Assembly (NCBI GenBank): GCA_023430565.1
Contig: JAEZAD010000089.1
Coordinates: forward strand, 2,872-66,871
Source: Verrucomicrobiota bacterium
GTDB taxonomy: Bacteria; Verrucomicrobiota; Verrucomicrobiia; Opitutales; Opitutaceae
Reading direction: 5' to 3'
Length of the DNA stretch: 64,000 nt
Both the position numbers and the translations under genes were made by a program. Shown here in pieces: positions 63,909-64,000 of this stretch. Numbering within the stretch: position 1 is the first letter of the stretch; every line of letters begins with the position of its first letter. A model generated the notes under the pieces. That model did no database searches. It had not been told where the DNA came from and was given only the letters and a program-made list of their open reading frames with translations.

Positions 63909-64000
63909 TTTTTCTCGAAAGTCGAACCATCGACCGGATGGGTGAACTTGGTTGGTTAGCAGGGCCGGGAAAGCGAGGTCTTAACCGGTAAGAGCTTCTC

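Overview
High-GC bacterial chromosome segment. By inference it comes from a Verrucomicrobiota or Opitutaceae-like organism, based on a PEP-CTERM protein, a TonB-dependent receptor, compact ParE/ParC-type topoisomerase subunits and several REP-like repeat families. I call about 70 protein genes and one tRNA; there is no rRNA, CRISPR array or prophage.

Layout:
- 1-24.6 kb: mixed housekeeping and accessory genes. These include deoA, an ABC-F ATPase, a DMT transporter, a deoxyhypusine-synthase-like gene, a TetR-controlled DsrE/PNPOx pair, an epimerase, a YyaL-type thioredoxin-domain protein, small redox proteins, and parE and parC separated by a three-gene block. A REP-associated tyrosine transposase (RAYT) sits at 2.2-2.7 kb, boxed in by its own REP hairpins.
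- 24.6-34.1 kb: a chemosensory cluster (cheW, mcp, cheA, HDOD, cheD, REC-HD-GYP, cheB, cheR) with no single-domain cheY.
- 34.3-49.3 kb: a 19-gene flagellar operon, flgB through fliR, in the Bacillus/spirochaete gene order. A textbook sigma-54 promoter lies 13 nt before flgB. A 260-bp gap between fliH and fliI carries two copies of an AT-rich palindrome.
- 49.3-55.4 kb: a TtpB/TtpC/ExbB/TonB/TPR-type energizer operon that lacks exbD and ends with a second, atypical TonB_C-like protein.
- 55.6-64 kb: EEP phosphatase, SRPBCC, ArsR and VOC genes, a TonB-dependent receptor, a PEP-CTERM protein, a membrane protein and tRNA-Asn.

Nothing here is demonstrably a new system. The best candidates for follow-up are the cheY-less Che cluster with a degenerate HD-GYP output, the exbD-less TonB operon with two TonB-like proteins, the 74-aa plus FIST-like pair between parE and parC, and the palindrome family inside the fla operon. 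All product calls come from reading the translated ORFs against remembered family signatures; no database search was run.
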